Below the pieces are notes generated by a model. It worked only from the letters and a program-made list of their open reading frames with translations. It was not told the origin of the DNA and ran no database searches. This document shows, piece after piece, positions 44,952-52,445 of a DNA stretch of 64,000 bases (positions are counted from its first letter, which is position 1; the number at the start of each line of letters is the position of its first letter). A program made the translations under genes and the position numbers. This DNA is from an uncultured Bacteroidales bacterium. Its GTDB lineage: Bacteria; Bacteroidota; Bacteroidia; Bacteroidales; Bacteroidaceae. The DNA lies in NCBI GenBank assembly GCA_902787575.1, contig CADAGX010000013.1, forward strand, positions 172 through 64,171, given 5' to 3'.

Positions 44952-45884
44952 ATGAAAACAAGAATCCTCACCGCACTCCTGCTCGGCGTCCTCGTCTGGA
45001 CGTCTTGCGGCGACGACCTACCCTCGCCGGCACCCACGCCACAGGAGAAAACAGACAACGCAAACGCGAACACGCTCTTCAAGAACTACTCGCGTCGCAT
45101 GGAGATGCCGCACCTCATAGGTGGGCCGATGGACCTCTTCCGCGTGAAAACCGTATCGGAGTTCGGTGTAAACTTCAGTTACGAGTTCAGTTGCGAAAAG
45201 CGTGCCACGTACTGGATTGCCTACCGCTGGGACATAGACAACACGGCAGACAACAACATCGGACGCAGCGAACAGTGGGACGAAGATACTGAGTTGCCCG
45301 ACCAGTACCGCGTGACGACCTACATGCACAGCAGCAACGGATACGACCGCGGCCACATGCTGGCCAGCGAAGACAGGCAGAACTCGTGGGAGGCTAACGC
45401 GCAAACTTTCCTGATGAGCAACATGCATCCGCAGTACAACCGCTTCAACGGTCAGGACTACGTGTGGTACAACATGGAGATTCGCGTCCGCCAGTTCTAC
45501 GCCAACTGGACGCGCAAGGCAAATGCAGAGGACACCATCTACGCAGTGAAGGGCGGCACCATCGGCACCGAAGGCGGCAGCATTGCGGCGAAGGACCAGA
45601 TTATCGAAGTGACGCCCAAGGGCCTCATCGTGCCGAAATACTTCTACATGGCTTTCCTCTACAAAAACAAGCAGGCCAGCCAAGGCGGCTACAAGGCCAT
45701 CGCCTTCTGGGTAGAACACACAAATGGCGTGGACCGCACGAAGGGCAACGAGCTGAAGAAGTACGCCATCAGCATCGACGAGCTGGAGCGCCGCACGGGC
45801 ATCGACTTCTTCTGCAATCTGCCCGACGACATCGAAAACGTGGTGGAAGCCAACGCCGTGCCTGCGGCGTGGGGCTTCAACTAA
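44952..45884 (+). CDS. DNA/RNA non-specific endonuclease (beta-beta-alpha-Me, NucA/Serratia family) lipoprotein
   Basis: Lipobox WTSC. Has the YDRGHMLASEDR active-site motif and SNMHPQ...FN. Confidence 0.85.
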   Translation: MKTRILTALLLGVLVWTSCGDDLPSPAPTPQEKTDNANANTLFKNYSRRMEMPHLIGGPMDLFRVKTVSEFGVNFSYEFSCEKRATYWIAYRWDIDNTADNNIGRSEQWDEDTELPDQYRVTTYMHSSNGYDRGHMLASEDRQNSWEANAQTFLMSNMHPQYNRFNGQDYVWYNMEIRVRQFYANWTRKANAEDTIYAVKGGTIGTEGGSIAAKDQIIEVTPKGLIVPKYFYMAFLYKNKQASQGGYKAIAFWVEHTNGVDRTKGNELKKYAISIDELERRTGIDFFCNLPDDIENVVEANAVPAAWGFN

Positions 45885-45890
45885 ACGATT

Positions 45891-46511
45891 CTACGGCTGG
45901 CGCACGAACTTGGCGCCGTCCCAACGGAAACGGAGAGGTTGCACAAAACGTTGTGCCACCTCTCTTTCTTTTTTCTCGAGTTCCGAAGTCTGCAAGCTAA
46001 AGGTGAGCACCGGTTCGTCGGCCGAAGCCTGAATGCGCACAAGCCTTAGTGCGGCGAGCGACTGCTGCACGAAACCGACTTCGCGCTGCAGGCTGTCAGG
46101 CACCGAAGCAAAGAATTCCTCCACCCGAGGCTGTGGACAATCCAACGGCTGAGGCTTCCATGTCGTATCGAAGAAGCGCACACGGCTGTCGGGCGCTGGG
46201 CCCTGATAAGTATATATCAGACAAAAGAGGCTGTCGCTGAGCAGACGCATCTCGGCGGTGCTATGGGCTGAGACCTGAAGCAGCAGGTAGCTATCCGTGA
46301 GCGTGCGCAGTTCGGCCACATCGCCGAGGCGGTTTCTCACGCGGGCCGTCATCTTATTCTCGACGAAGTCGATGCAATCCAACCGGTTGTTTTTCGTCAG
46401 CAGCGGGAAGATGCTGTCGGGCGCAGCTGCAAAGATGTCGCGCATACGCACCTGGCCACAAAGACTGCCCGCAGCCTGCATCAAAAGAAGTATCAAGACG
46501 AAACGTTTCAT
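45891..46511 (-). CDS. DUF3256-like secreted protein
   Basis: Signal peptide. Has the FP.LTKN.RLD.ID segment recalled from DUF3256. Confidence 0.5.
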   Translation of the reverse strand: MKRFVLILLLMQAAGSLCGQVRMRDIFAAAPDSIFPLLTKNNRLDCIDFVENKMTARVRNRLGDVAELRTLTDSYLLLQVSAHSTAEMRLLSDSLFCLIYTYQGPAPDSRVRFFDTTWKPQPLDCPQPRVEEFFASVPDSLQREVGFVQQSLAALRLVRIQASADEPVLTFSLQTSELEKKEREVAQRFVQPLRFRWDGAKFVRQP

Positions 46512-46524
46512 ATCTCAAACTTTA

Positions 46525-46570
46525 AACTATGAACTATGGACTATGAACTATGAACTATGAACTATGAACT
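46525..46570. repeat. Heptanucleotide microsatellite (AACTATG)x6.5
   Basis: Units start at 46525, 46532, 46539 (GACTATG), 46546, 46553 and 46560, plus a partial unit. It lies between the eamA stop and the DUF3256 start. Confidence 0.95.
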
Positions 46571-47467
46571 CCCCAACCAGAGGCAGAGCATTCCGAGCAG
46601 CACAAGCGCCAAGTCGACGGCCTTGCTGCGAAGATTCTTCTCGCGAAAGAAATATGCGCCCAGCAGAAAGCTGACCACCACACTGCCGCGCCGCACCATG
46701 CTGACGACACTCACCAGCGCTCCGTCGAGCGACAGCGCGTAGAAGTACGCAAAGTCAGCCAGCGAGAGAAAGACGCTAACGAGGAAGATGGGCAGCAGAG
46801 GCAGCGACGTGCACTTCCATTCGCGTGTCAGCAATAACACCAGCCCCATCATCAGGCACTGATAGAAGTTGTAGTAACTCTGCACCGTCATACGGTTCAA
46901 GCCCACGCCACCCGACTCAGCTGGCGCCATCAGATATTTGTCGTAGAGTCCGCTCAGCGCGCCCAGCACGGCAGCCACCACCACAAAGGCGATCCAGCGA
47001 TTGTGGCGAAAGTCGATGCCTTCCTTTTTGCCGCTGCGGCTGAGCAGGAAGAAGCTAAGCACCGACAGCAGCACACCCGCCCACTGCCAAAGGTTCAGCC
47101 GCTCGCCAAAAATTATCAGCGCACCCAGCAGCACCATCACGGGCCGCGTGGCATTGATGGGGCCAACGAGCGTCAGCGGCAGGTGCTTCATGCCCAGATA
47201 GCCGCAATACCAACTGCTGAGAACAATAAAACTCTTCAGCAGAATGTACCGCTGCACACCCCATCCACCAACGGGGACAAAGAGCATGTCGCCCTCGCCA
47301 AGCGCGCCGATGGCCGAAAGCGTCACAGGTACGAGAAAGAAAAGGCTACAGAAGAGCGTGTTGAGAAAGAGCACCGGCACCACGTCCGCGTGACGCAACG
47401 CCTGCTTCTTGCAGACGTCGTAGCAGCCAAGCAGGGCGGCCGACAGGAAAGCAAACACTAACCACAT
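46562..47467 (-). CDS. EamA/DMT-family transporter
   Basis: 10 TM segments arranged as two EamA-like halves. Confidence 0.8.
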   Translation of the reverse strand: MWLVFAFLSAALLGCYDVCKKQALRHADVVPVLFLNTLFCSLFFLVPVTLSAIGALGEGDMLFVPVGGWGVQRYILLKSFIVLSSWYCGYLGMKHLPLTLVGPINATRPVMVLLGALIIFGERLNLWQWAGVLLSVLSFFLLSRSGKKEGIDFRHNRWIAFVVVAAVLGALSGLYDKYLMAPAESGGVGLNRMTVQSYYNFYQCLMMGLVLLLTREWKCTSLPLLPIFLVSVFLSLADFAYFYALSLDGALVSVVSMVRRGSVVVSFLLGAYFFREKNLRSKAVDLALVLLGMLCLWLGSS

Positions 47468-48222
47468 GCGAGGGCCTCCTTATCGTATCGAACGTCCACG
47501 AGGAAAAGTCCACAGGCAGGCGCACTGCTGCTTGCCAGCGAACGGTCTTGACGTTCTATCACACGCCTGAAATCGGCAACCGACATGCGCCCTCGCCCTA
47601 CATCCACCAGCGTGCCGACAATGGCACGCACCATGTTGCGCAGGAAGCGGTTGGCCGTAATGGTGAAGCGCCAGCAGCCAGGCTCTGTCTCGTCCCAGTG
47701 TGCCTCGGAAACGGTGCAAAGATTCGTCTTCACGTCCTCGCTGATTTTGCTGAAGCTCGTGAAGTCGGTGTACTCGAGCAGCGTGGCTGCCGCCTCGTTC
47801 ATGCGCTGGAAGTCCAGATTGGCGAAGCACTTCCAGCTGTAGCTGCGGCGGAAGGGGTCCTTGGCGAGGTGCAGAAAATAGTGATACGTACGGCTCGTGG
47901 CGCTGAATCGCGCGTGCATATCGGAGGCGACAGGTTCGATGCGGTGCACCACCACGTCGGGCGGCAATAGTTTGTTGAGTTTATAGACAAGCTGCGGCGC
48001 ATCGAACGGCTCCGGCCAGTCGAAGTGCGCCACCATCAGGCGGGCATGCACACCGGCATCGGTGCGTCCCGCTCCCACGATGTCCATTTCAGGCGCACGC
48101 AGAAGCAGGGCCAAATTGCGCTGCAGGACTTCCTGCACCGACAGTCCGTTGGGTTGTATCTGCCAGCCGTGATAGAGAGTCCCGTCGTATGAAAGGTAGA
48201 TAAAATATCGCACAGCCGTCAC
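47458..48222 (-). CDS. truA: tRNA pseudouridine(38-40) synthase
   Basis: YDGT.YHGWQ.Q, GAGRTDAGVHA and RSF..HQIR-like (NRFLRNMVR) motifs. Confidence 0.95.
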   Translation of the reverse strand: MTAVRYFIYLSYDGTLYHGWQIQPNGLSVQEVLQRNLALLLRAPEMDIVGAGRTDAGVHARLMVAHFDWPEPFDAPQLVYKLNKLLPPDVVVHRIEPVASDMHARFSATSRTYHYFLHLAKDPFRRSYSWKCFANLDFQRMNEAAATLLEYTDFTSFSKISEDVKTNLCTVSEAHWDETEPGCWRFTITANRFLRNMVRAIVGTLVDVGRGRMSVADFRRVIERQDRSLASSSAPACGLFLVDVRYDKEALACG

Positions 48223-49712
48223 TTTACATAAACCTTGGATGTCCGACTGCCGCGCCGTACGACGTAGACTCCGTGGGTCGGCCGTTCTATACGGCGGCCC
48301 GAGAGGTCAAACACCACGTCGGGCGCATCCTCTGTCGGCACCTCGATGCCCGTGACGTCCGTCTCAGCCTGCAGCGTGAGTTTGCGCATCTCCCACGCCC
48401 AGCAGTGGCTGGCATCCGACTGATAGCGGAAGGCCAAACGTATCTTCTCGCCTGCGTAATCGTTCAGGCTATAGTCGCTCACAGAGACATACGGCGTGAA
48501 GTTGCCCGATGTCGGTGCGCCCGGGAATGTAACGTCCAGTTCGTCCCAGTTGGCGGCACTCGGCACTCCCTCGTAATCCGTGCTTACATAGACCTGGAAC
48601 TGCTCGCGCACATTGTTCGTACCATGATAGCCGGCAGCGTGCTCGAAGCTCAGACGGATATTCTTCAAGTTCGCCAGATCCACCTCGGGCGAGATGAGCC
48701 AGTCGTCGGCCACCTTACCTTTGGAGTAAGCATTGGCCGTGGCTCCATAAGAGCCGTTGGCAGCCCACATGGTGCTGGGCTCACCGGCAGACGTCACACA
48801 CGTGAAGGTGCCCAAATCCGTGAGGAACGACTCGTCGAGCAGCATCACGTCTTCGCCGTCCTCCGTGCCGCCACCGCCACCAGTCTGACTTCCCGTCACA
48901 GAGAACGCGTATTCGATGCTGTCGCCCCAAATATATTCGGCCAGGTTCGGGAAATCCACAAAAGGATTCCTGTTGCCCTGAATCTTATACACCGCCTCGT
49001 TGCGAGCCACCTCTATTGCGTCCACCGGGTCCTTACGGCTCCAGTTCAGCAGCAGTTTGTAAGCCCACTGCTGCAGGGTCGGCCAGTCGTCGTTCTCCAA
49101 CATATCGAGGCCGGCACTCGTCCATGTGAGGTTGCTGTAGGTCGTAACCATGTAGAAATAGCTGCGGGCGAAATCGCCTTTCCACTCGTCGGCCGGCTCC
49201 CACAAAGAACACATCTGCCCCGACGAGGTTTCTCCCCTGCCGACTTTCGTACAGCCGTTATTCGTCGAGACAGACGACACCACGCCCATCGCATAGTTAC
49301 TCTTGCTCGAGTTAATTTTCTGCTCGCAGGGCATCAGGTTGAAAAGGTCTTTGTACGCCTGATTGTTGGAGCCGCCCCACCAACTCTTGGGAAATGAATG
49401 CTCAATGTTCATGCCGCTGACGGCCGAACCGACGTTCCCTCCGAAGTAAAACACCTCGTAGCTGTAACGGTCGCGCACTCGGTCGTTCTCCATGCGGTCT
49501 GTCTTATAGAACCCGCTCCACGTGCTCTCGGCGCCACTACCGTATGACAGCACTTTTGCCTCGCTCACGATGGCCTTCATCGCCAGTTTCAAAGCCGATT
49601 TCTTCTTCCCGTCCGCATTTTTGTAGTAGCCCTCGGGCACTCCGGCTGCAGCCTCCACTGCAAACCCGACAAACAGCATCAGAAAAAGTATGCTATAAAA
49701 TCCTTTCTTCAT
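48219..49712 (-). CDS. Endonuclease I-family extracellular nuclease with a choice-of-anchor-J-like module and a T9SS C-terminal sorting domain
   Basis: NIEHSFPKSWWGG, NLMP, WEPADEWKGDFARSYFYM and GNRNPFVD motifs. The middle has ADDWLISPEVDL. The C-terminus ...GVYVVRRGSRTSKVYVK is typical of a T9SS CTD. Confidence 0.85.
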   Translation of the reverse strand: MKKGFYSILFLMLFVGFAVEAAAGVPEGYYKNADGKKKSALKLAMKAIVSEAKVLSYGSGAESTWSGFYKTDRMENDRVRDRYSYEVFYFGGNVGSAVSGMNIEHSFPKSWWGGSNNQAYKDLFNLMPCEQKINSSKSNYAMGVVSSVSTNNGCTKVGRGETSSGQMCSLWEPADEWKGDFARSYFYMVTTYSNLTWTSAGLDMLENDDWPTLQQWAYKLLLNWSRKDPVDAIEVARNEAVYKIQGNRNPFVDFPNLAEYIWGDSIEYAFSVTGSQTGGGGGTEDGEDVMLLDESFLTDLGTFTCVTSAGEPSTMWAANGSYGATANAYSKGKVADDWLISPEVDLANLKNIRLSFEHAAGYHGTNNVREQFQVYVSTDYEGVPSAANWDELDVTFPGAPTSGNFTPYVSVSDYSLNDYAGEKIRLAFRYQSDASHCWAWEMRKLTLQAETDVTGIEVPTEDAPDVVFDLSGRRIERPTHGVYVVRRGSRTSKVYVK

Positions 49713-49736
49713 CGCATCAAAACCTTATTCTTGCAA

Positions 49737-49744
49737 CAAAGGTA
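49737..49744 (-). promoter_or_regulatory. -7 box (TACCTTTG on minus strand)
   Basis: Lies 24 nt upstream of the Endonuclease I ATG at 49712. Confidence 0.45.
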
Positions 49745-49850
49745 ATGCAAATGCGCGACGTTTGCAAGAGAAATCCACAATTTCGACCCACTTTTTCAGC
49801 CACGAGAAGAAAACCCGACGTTTCCTCGCAACTGCAGCCGAGTCAGCTAA

Positions 49851-49990
49851 TCTTGCGCGTGCCACGCGTCGCTTTTTCACAGCCACGCGTCGCATTCGCT
49901 CACGCCACACGTCGCAATCACTCACGTCACACGTCGCATTTTCACTTGTCACACGTCGCAAGAAAGACCGCCACATGTCGCATCACAGTT
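49851..49990. repeat. Array F of the repeat family (6 same-orientation units)
   Basis: CAC(G/A)(C/T)GTCGC cores start at 49863, 49884, 49906, 49928, 49950 and 49972 (spacings 21, 22, 22, 22, 22). Confidence 0.9.
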
Positions 49991-50182
49991 TTCCCACGAG
50001 TCAAATGTTAAAATGGCATGTAATTGCAGGCAAAACCTACACGATTCTGCCTTGCCTACACTCGAACCTACACTACCGAAACGCGCTGTTGCACAATCGG
50101 ATAAGTGCTCCGAGTGTAGGTTTGTAGGTTTTTTCAGAGAAAAAATCACTGGGTACAAGCCGCCCTTCGCCGCCAAGATGAG

Positions 50183-50226
50183 AAAAGGGCAAAAGAAAAC
50201 GAACGCCCCGAAGCTTTCTTCGGAGC
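50183..50226 (-). terminator. Rho-independent terminator of the rpsF-rpsR-rplI operon
   Basis: On the minus strand: GCTCCGAAG-AAAG-CTTCGGGGC followed by GTTCGTTTTCTTTTGCCCTTTT. Confidence 0.55.
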
Positions 50227-50260
50227 GCTCGCTTATAATAATATTGCTGTGTTGCGCTGT

Positions 50261-50794
50261 TTACTCCTCAGCAGGAGTTTCCTCTGCAACGGGCTCTGCA
50301 ACAGGTGCCTCCTCCACAGCGGGAGTCTCGGCTACGGGTGCTGCCACAGGAGCGCCTTCGGCAACAACGGTGAAAGGTACGTGTGCAGCAACTTCCTTGT
50401 GCAGCTTCACGGTTGCTACGTAGTTGCCCACTTCCTTTACGTCCTTCACTACGATAGTCTTGCGGTCCACCTGGAAACCAAGTTTCTGCAGTTCCTCTGC
50501 AATCTGCAGGCTGTTGACACTGCCATAGATGACGCCAGCGGAGCTCACCTTCGTGGCAATCGTCAGCGATACAGCGTTCAGTTTCTCGGCCAGTGCCTCG
50601 GCATCAGCCTTAATCTTGGCCAGTTTCACTGCTTTCTGCTTGAGGTCTTCGGCAAGCTGCTTCTTGGCACTCTCGCTGGCAATGACGCCTTTTCCGAAAG
50701 GAATCAGATAATTGCGGCCATAACCAGGCTTCACATTTACGATGTCGTTCTTGTAACCCAAGCCGATGACATCTTCTTTCAGTATAATCTCCAT
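50261..50794 (-). CDS. rplI: 50S ribosomal protein L9 with an Ala/Pro/Glu-rich C-terminal extension
   Basis: MEIILKEDV..LG......VKPGY.RNYL. The ~30-aa tail is APVAAPVAETPAVEEAPVAEPVAEETPAEE. Confidence 0.9.
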   Translation of the reverse strand: MEIILKEDVIGLGYKNDIVNVKPGYGRNYLIPFGKGVIASESAKKQLAEDLKQKAVKLAKIKADAEALAEKLNAVSLTIATKVSSAGVIYGSVNSLQIAEELQKLGFQVDRKTIVVKDVKEVGNYVATVKLHKEVAAHVPFTVVAEGAPVAAPVAETPAVEEAPVAEPVAEETPAEE

Positions 50795-50812
50795 ATCTTA
50801 TTCCTCCTTTTT

Positions 50813-51079
50813 TTACTTCATCAAGTCCGTTACGAAAGGCAGCAGAGCCAAGTGGCGAGCACGCTTCACGGCCTGAGCCACACGACGCTGATACTTCAGC
50901 GAGGTTCCGGTGATACGACGGGGAAGAATCTTTCCCTGCTCGTTGAGGAACTTCTTCAGGAACTCGGGGTTCTTGTAATCAATGTACTTGATACCGCTCT
51001 TCTTGAAACGGCAGTACTTCTTCTTTTTGACATCAATTGCGGGAGCTGTCAAATAGCGGATTTCTGATTGCTGTGCCAT
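50813..51079 (-). CDS. rpsR: 30S ribosomal protein S18
   Basis: KKYCRF.K.GI.YIDYK....L..F....GKILPRR.TG conserved core. Confidence 0.95.
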   Translation of the reverse strand: MAQQSEIRYLTAPAIDVKKKKYCRFKKSGIKYIDYKNPEFLKKFLNEQGKILPRRITGTSLKYQRRVAQAVKRARHLALLPFVTDLMK

Positions 51080-51082
51080 GAT

Positions 51083-51418
51083 TTAGTCCTCCTTTTGATT
51101 GTTTCTTCTCTTTTCAGCGTAAGCTGCTGCGTATTTCTCCATCTTGACAGTGAGATAACGCAATACTCTCTCATCACGGCGATAGGCAGTCTCTAACACC
51201 TTGACGTTCTCCGGTGCTGTTTTGAACTCTATCAGCACATAGAATCCCGTGCTCTTCTTCTCAATGGGATAAGCCAGTTTCTTCAAGCCCCAGTTCTCCT
51301 CATTGATGATTTCAGCACCCATCTCGGTGAGAACGCCTTTGAACTTGTTTACCGCTTCCTTCATCTGATCGTCAGACAAAACGGGAGTTAAAATGAAAAC
51401 GGTTTCGTATTGATTCAT
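51083..51418 (-). CDS. rpsF: 30S ribosomal protein S6
   Basis: [12 protein letters not shown]...NWG.KKLAY.I. The start is at the internal ATG 51418. The longer ORF upstream is antisense to the esterase gene. Confidence 0.95.
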   Translation of the reverse strand: MNQYETVFILTPVLSDDQMKEAVNKFKGVLTEMGAEIINEENWGLKKLAYPIEKKSTGFYVLIEFKTAPENVKVLETAYRRDERVLRYLTVKMEKYAAAYAEKRRNNQKED

Positions 51419-51465
51419 AATACGTTTAATTAATAAAATGGTTAATTGTTGTGCAAAATGCGGTG

Positions 51466-51473
51466 CAAAGGTA
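51466..51473 (-). promoter_or_regulatory. -7 box (TACCTTTG on minus strand)
   Basis: Lies 47 nt upstream of the rpsF ATG. Confidence 0.45.
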
Positions 51474-51546
51474 AGATATTTTTGCGAACTGGCCAAACGT
51501 TTTAATATATTTTGTGTTATCGTGAGTGCGACTCGTCTTTTTTCCT

Positions 51547-51554
51547 TATCTTTG
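51547..51554 (+). promoter_or_regulatory. -7 box (TATCTTTG)
   Basis: Lies 29 nt upstream of ATG 51584. Confidence 0.4.
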
Positions 51555-51583
51555 TACACAAAGTAAAAGAACGAAACGACGGA

Positions 51584-52399
51584 ATGCGATTCACCAAGTA
51601 TATATACCTTATTATATACGCATACGCGTGCGCGTGTCTGCCGCTCGGAGCACAAAACGATGTGCTCGCGGCCCAAAAAGGTGTCATAAAAGGCGGCTAC
51701 GACTTCTGGGTCTATACGCCTGCCGACTACGAGACGACACAGGACAGCACGCCCGTCATTTTGTTTCTGCACGGCGCGAGCCTCTGCGGCCGCGATTTGA
51801 GTCGCGTCCGCCGCTACGGACCACTGCACGCGCTGCAGATGGGACGCAACATTCCGGCACTCATCATCGCTCCGCAGAATCCGGGCGGCGCGTGGAATCC
51901 AAAGAAAATAAACGACGTGCTCGACTGGACGCTGTCGCACTACGCAGCCGACACGACACGCATATACGTCATTGGCATGAGCCTGGGCGGATACGGTACG
52001 ATGGACTACGCTGGTACGTACCCACACCGCGTGGCTGCGGCTATGGCCTTGTGCGGAGGATGTACGCTGCGCGATGTGCAGGGATTGGGCGAGTTGCCAC
52101 TCTGGATTCTGCACGGAACGGCTGACCGTGCCGTGGGAATCCGACATTCGCAGACCGTAGTGGAAGCACTTCGCCGCGAGAAGAACGACCAACGACTGAG
52201 GTTCGACTGGCTCAACGGGCAGTCGCACGGCGCGCTGGGACGGTTGTTCTACATGGAGAAGACGTACGACTGGCTTTTTGCACACACTGTGGCAGACTCC
52301 GGACGCGTGGCCGACCGGCTGATTACCATCACGAATGCAGATCTGAAGCAAGCTTACCGCAACATCACACGCAGAAAGGAGCCAATGCACGTGAAATAA
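51584..52399 (+). CDS. Secreted alpha/beta-hydrolase (carboxylesterase/peptidase S9-like)
   Basis: Signal peptide, GMSLGG nucleophile elbow, and LHGTADRAV (Asp/His region). Confidence 0.7.
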   Translation: MRFTKYIYLIIYAYACACLPLGAQNDVLAAQKGVIKGGYDFWVYTPADYETTQDSTPVILFLHGASLCGRDLSRVRRYGPLHALQMGRNIPALIIAPQNPGGAWNPKKINDVLDWTLSHYAADTTRIYVIGMSLGGYGTMDYAGTYPHRVAAAMALCGGCTLRDVQGLGELPLWILHGTADRAVGIRHSQTVVEALRREKNDQRLRFDWLNGQSHGALGRLFYMEKTYDWLFAHTVADSGRVADRLITITNADLKQAYRNITRRKEPMHVK

Positions 52400-52445
52400 C
52401 CCAGAACTCTCAGGAACGATAAGACAATTAACACATCGAATCACT

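Noticed and set aside
49851-49990. Could the regularly spaced repeats be a CRISPR array?
   Set aside because: The units are only ~22 bp and directly abut each other with no unique spacers. The same motif is scattered over 8 loci. No cas genes are present.
49544-50176. ORFs of 75-155 aa across the 49713-50260 intergenic region, and similar ones at 26824-27159, 44363-44567, 14952-15308 and 36102-36386.
   Set aside because: They are translations of the tandem 22-bp repeat arrays (repetitive R/H/T/S/V peptides) in several overlapping frames and strands. None has a start context or domain.
51419-52444. A 453-aa ORF that extends rpsF far upstream.
   Set aside because: S6 homology starts at the internal Met ([15 protein letters not shown] at 51418). 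The extension is antisense to a well-supported esterase gene and crosses two promoter boxes.
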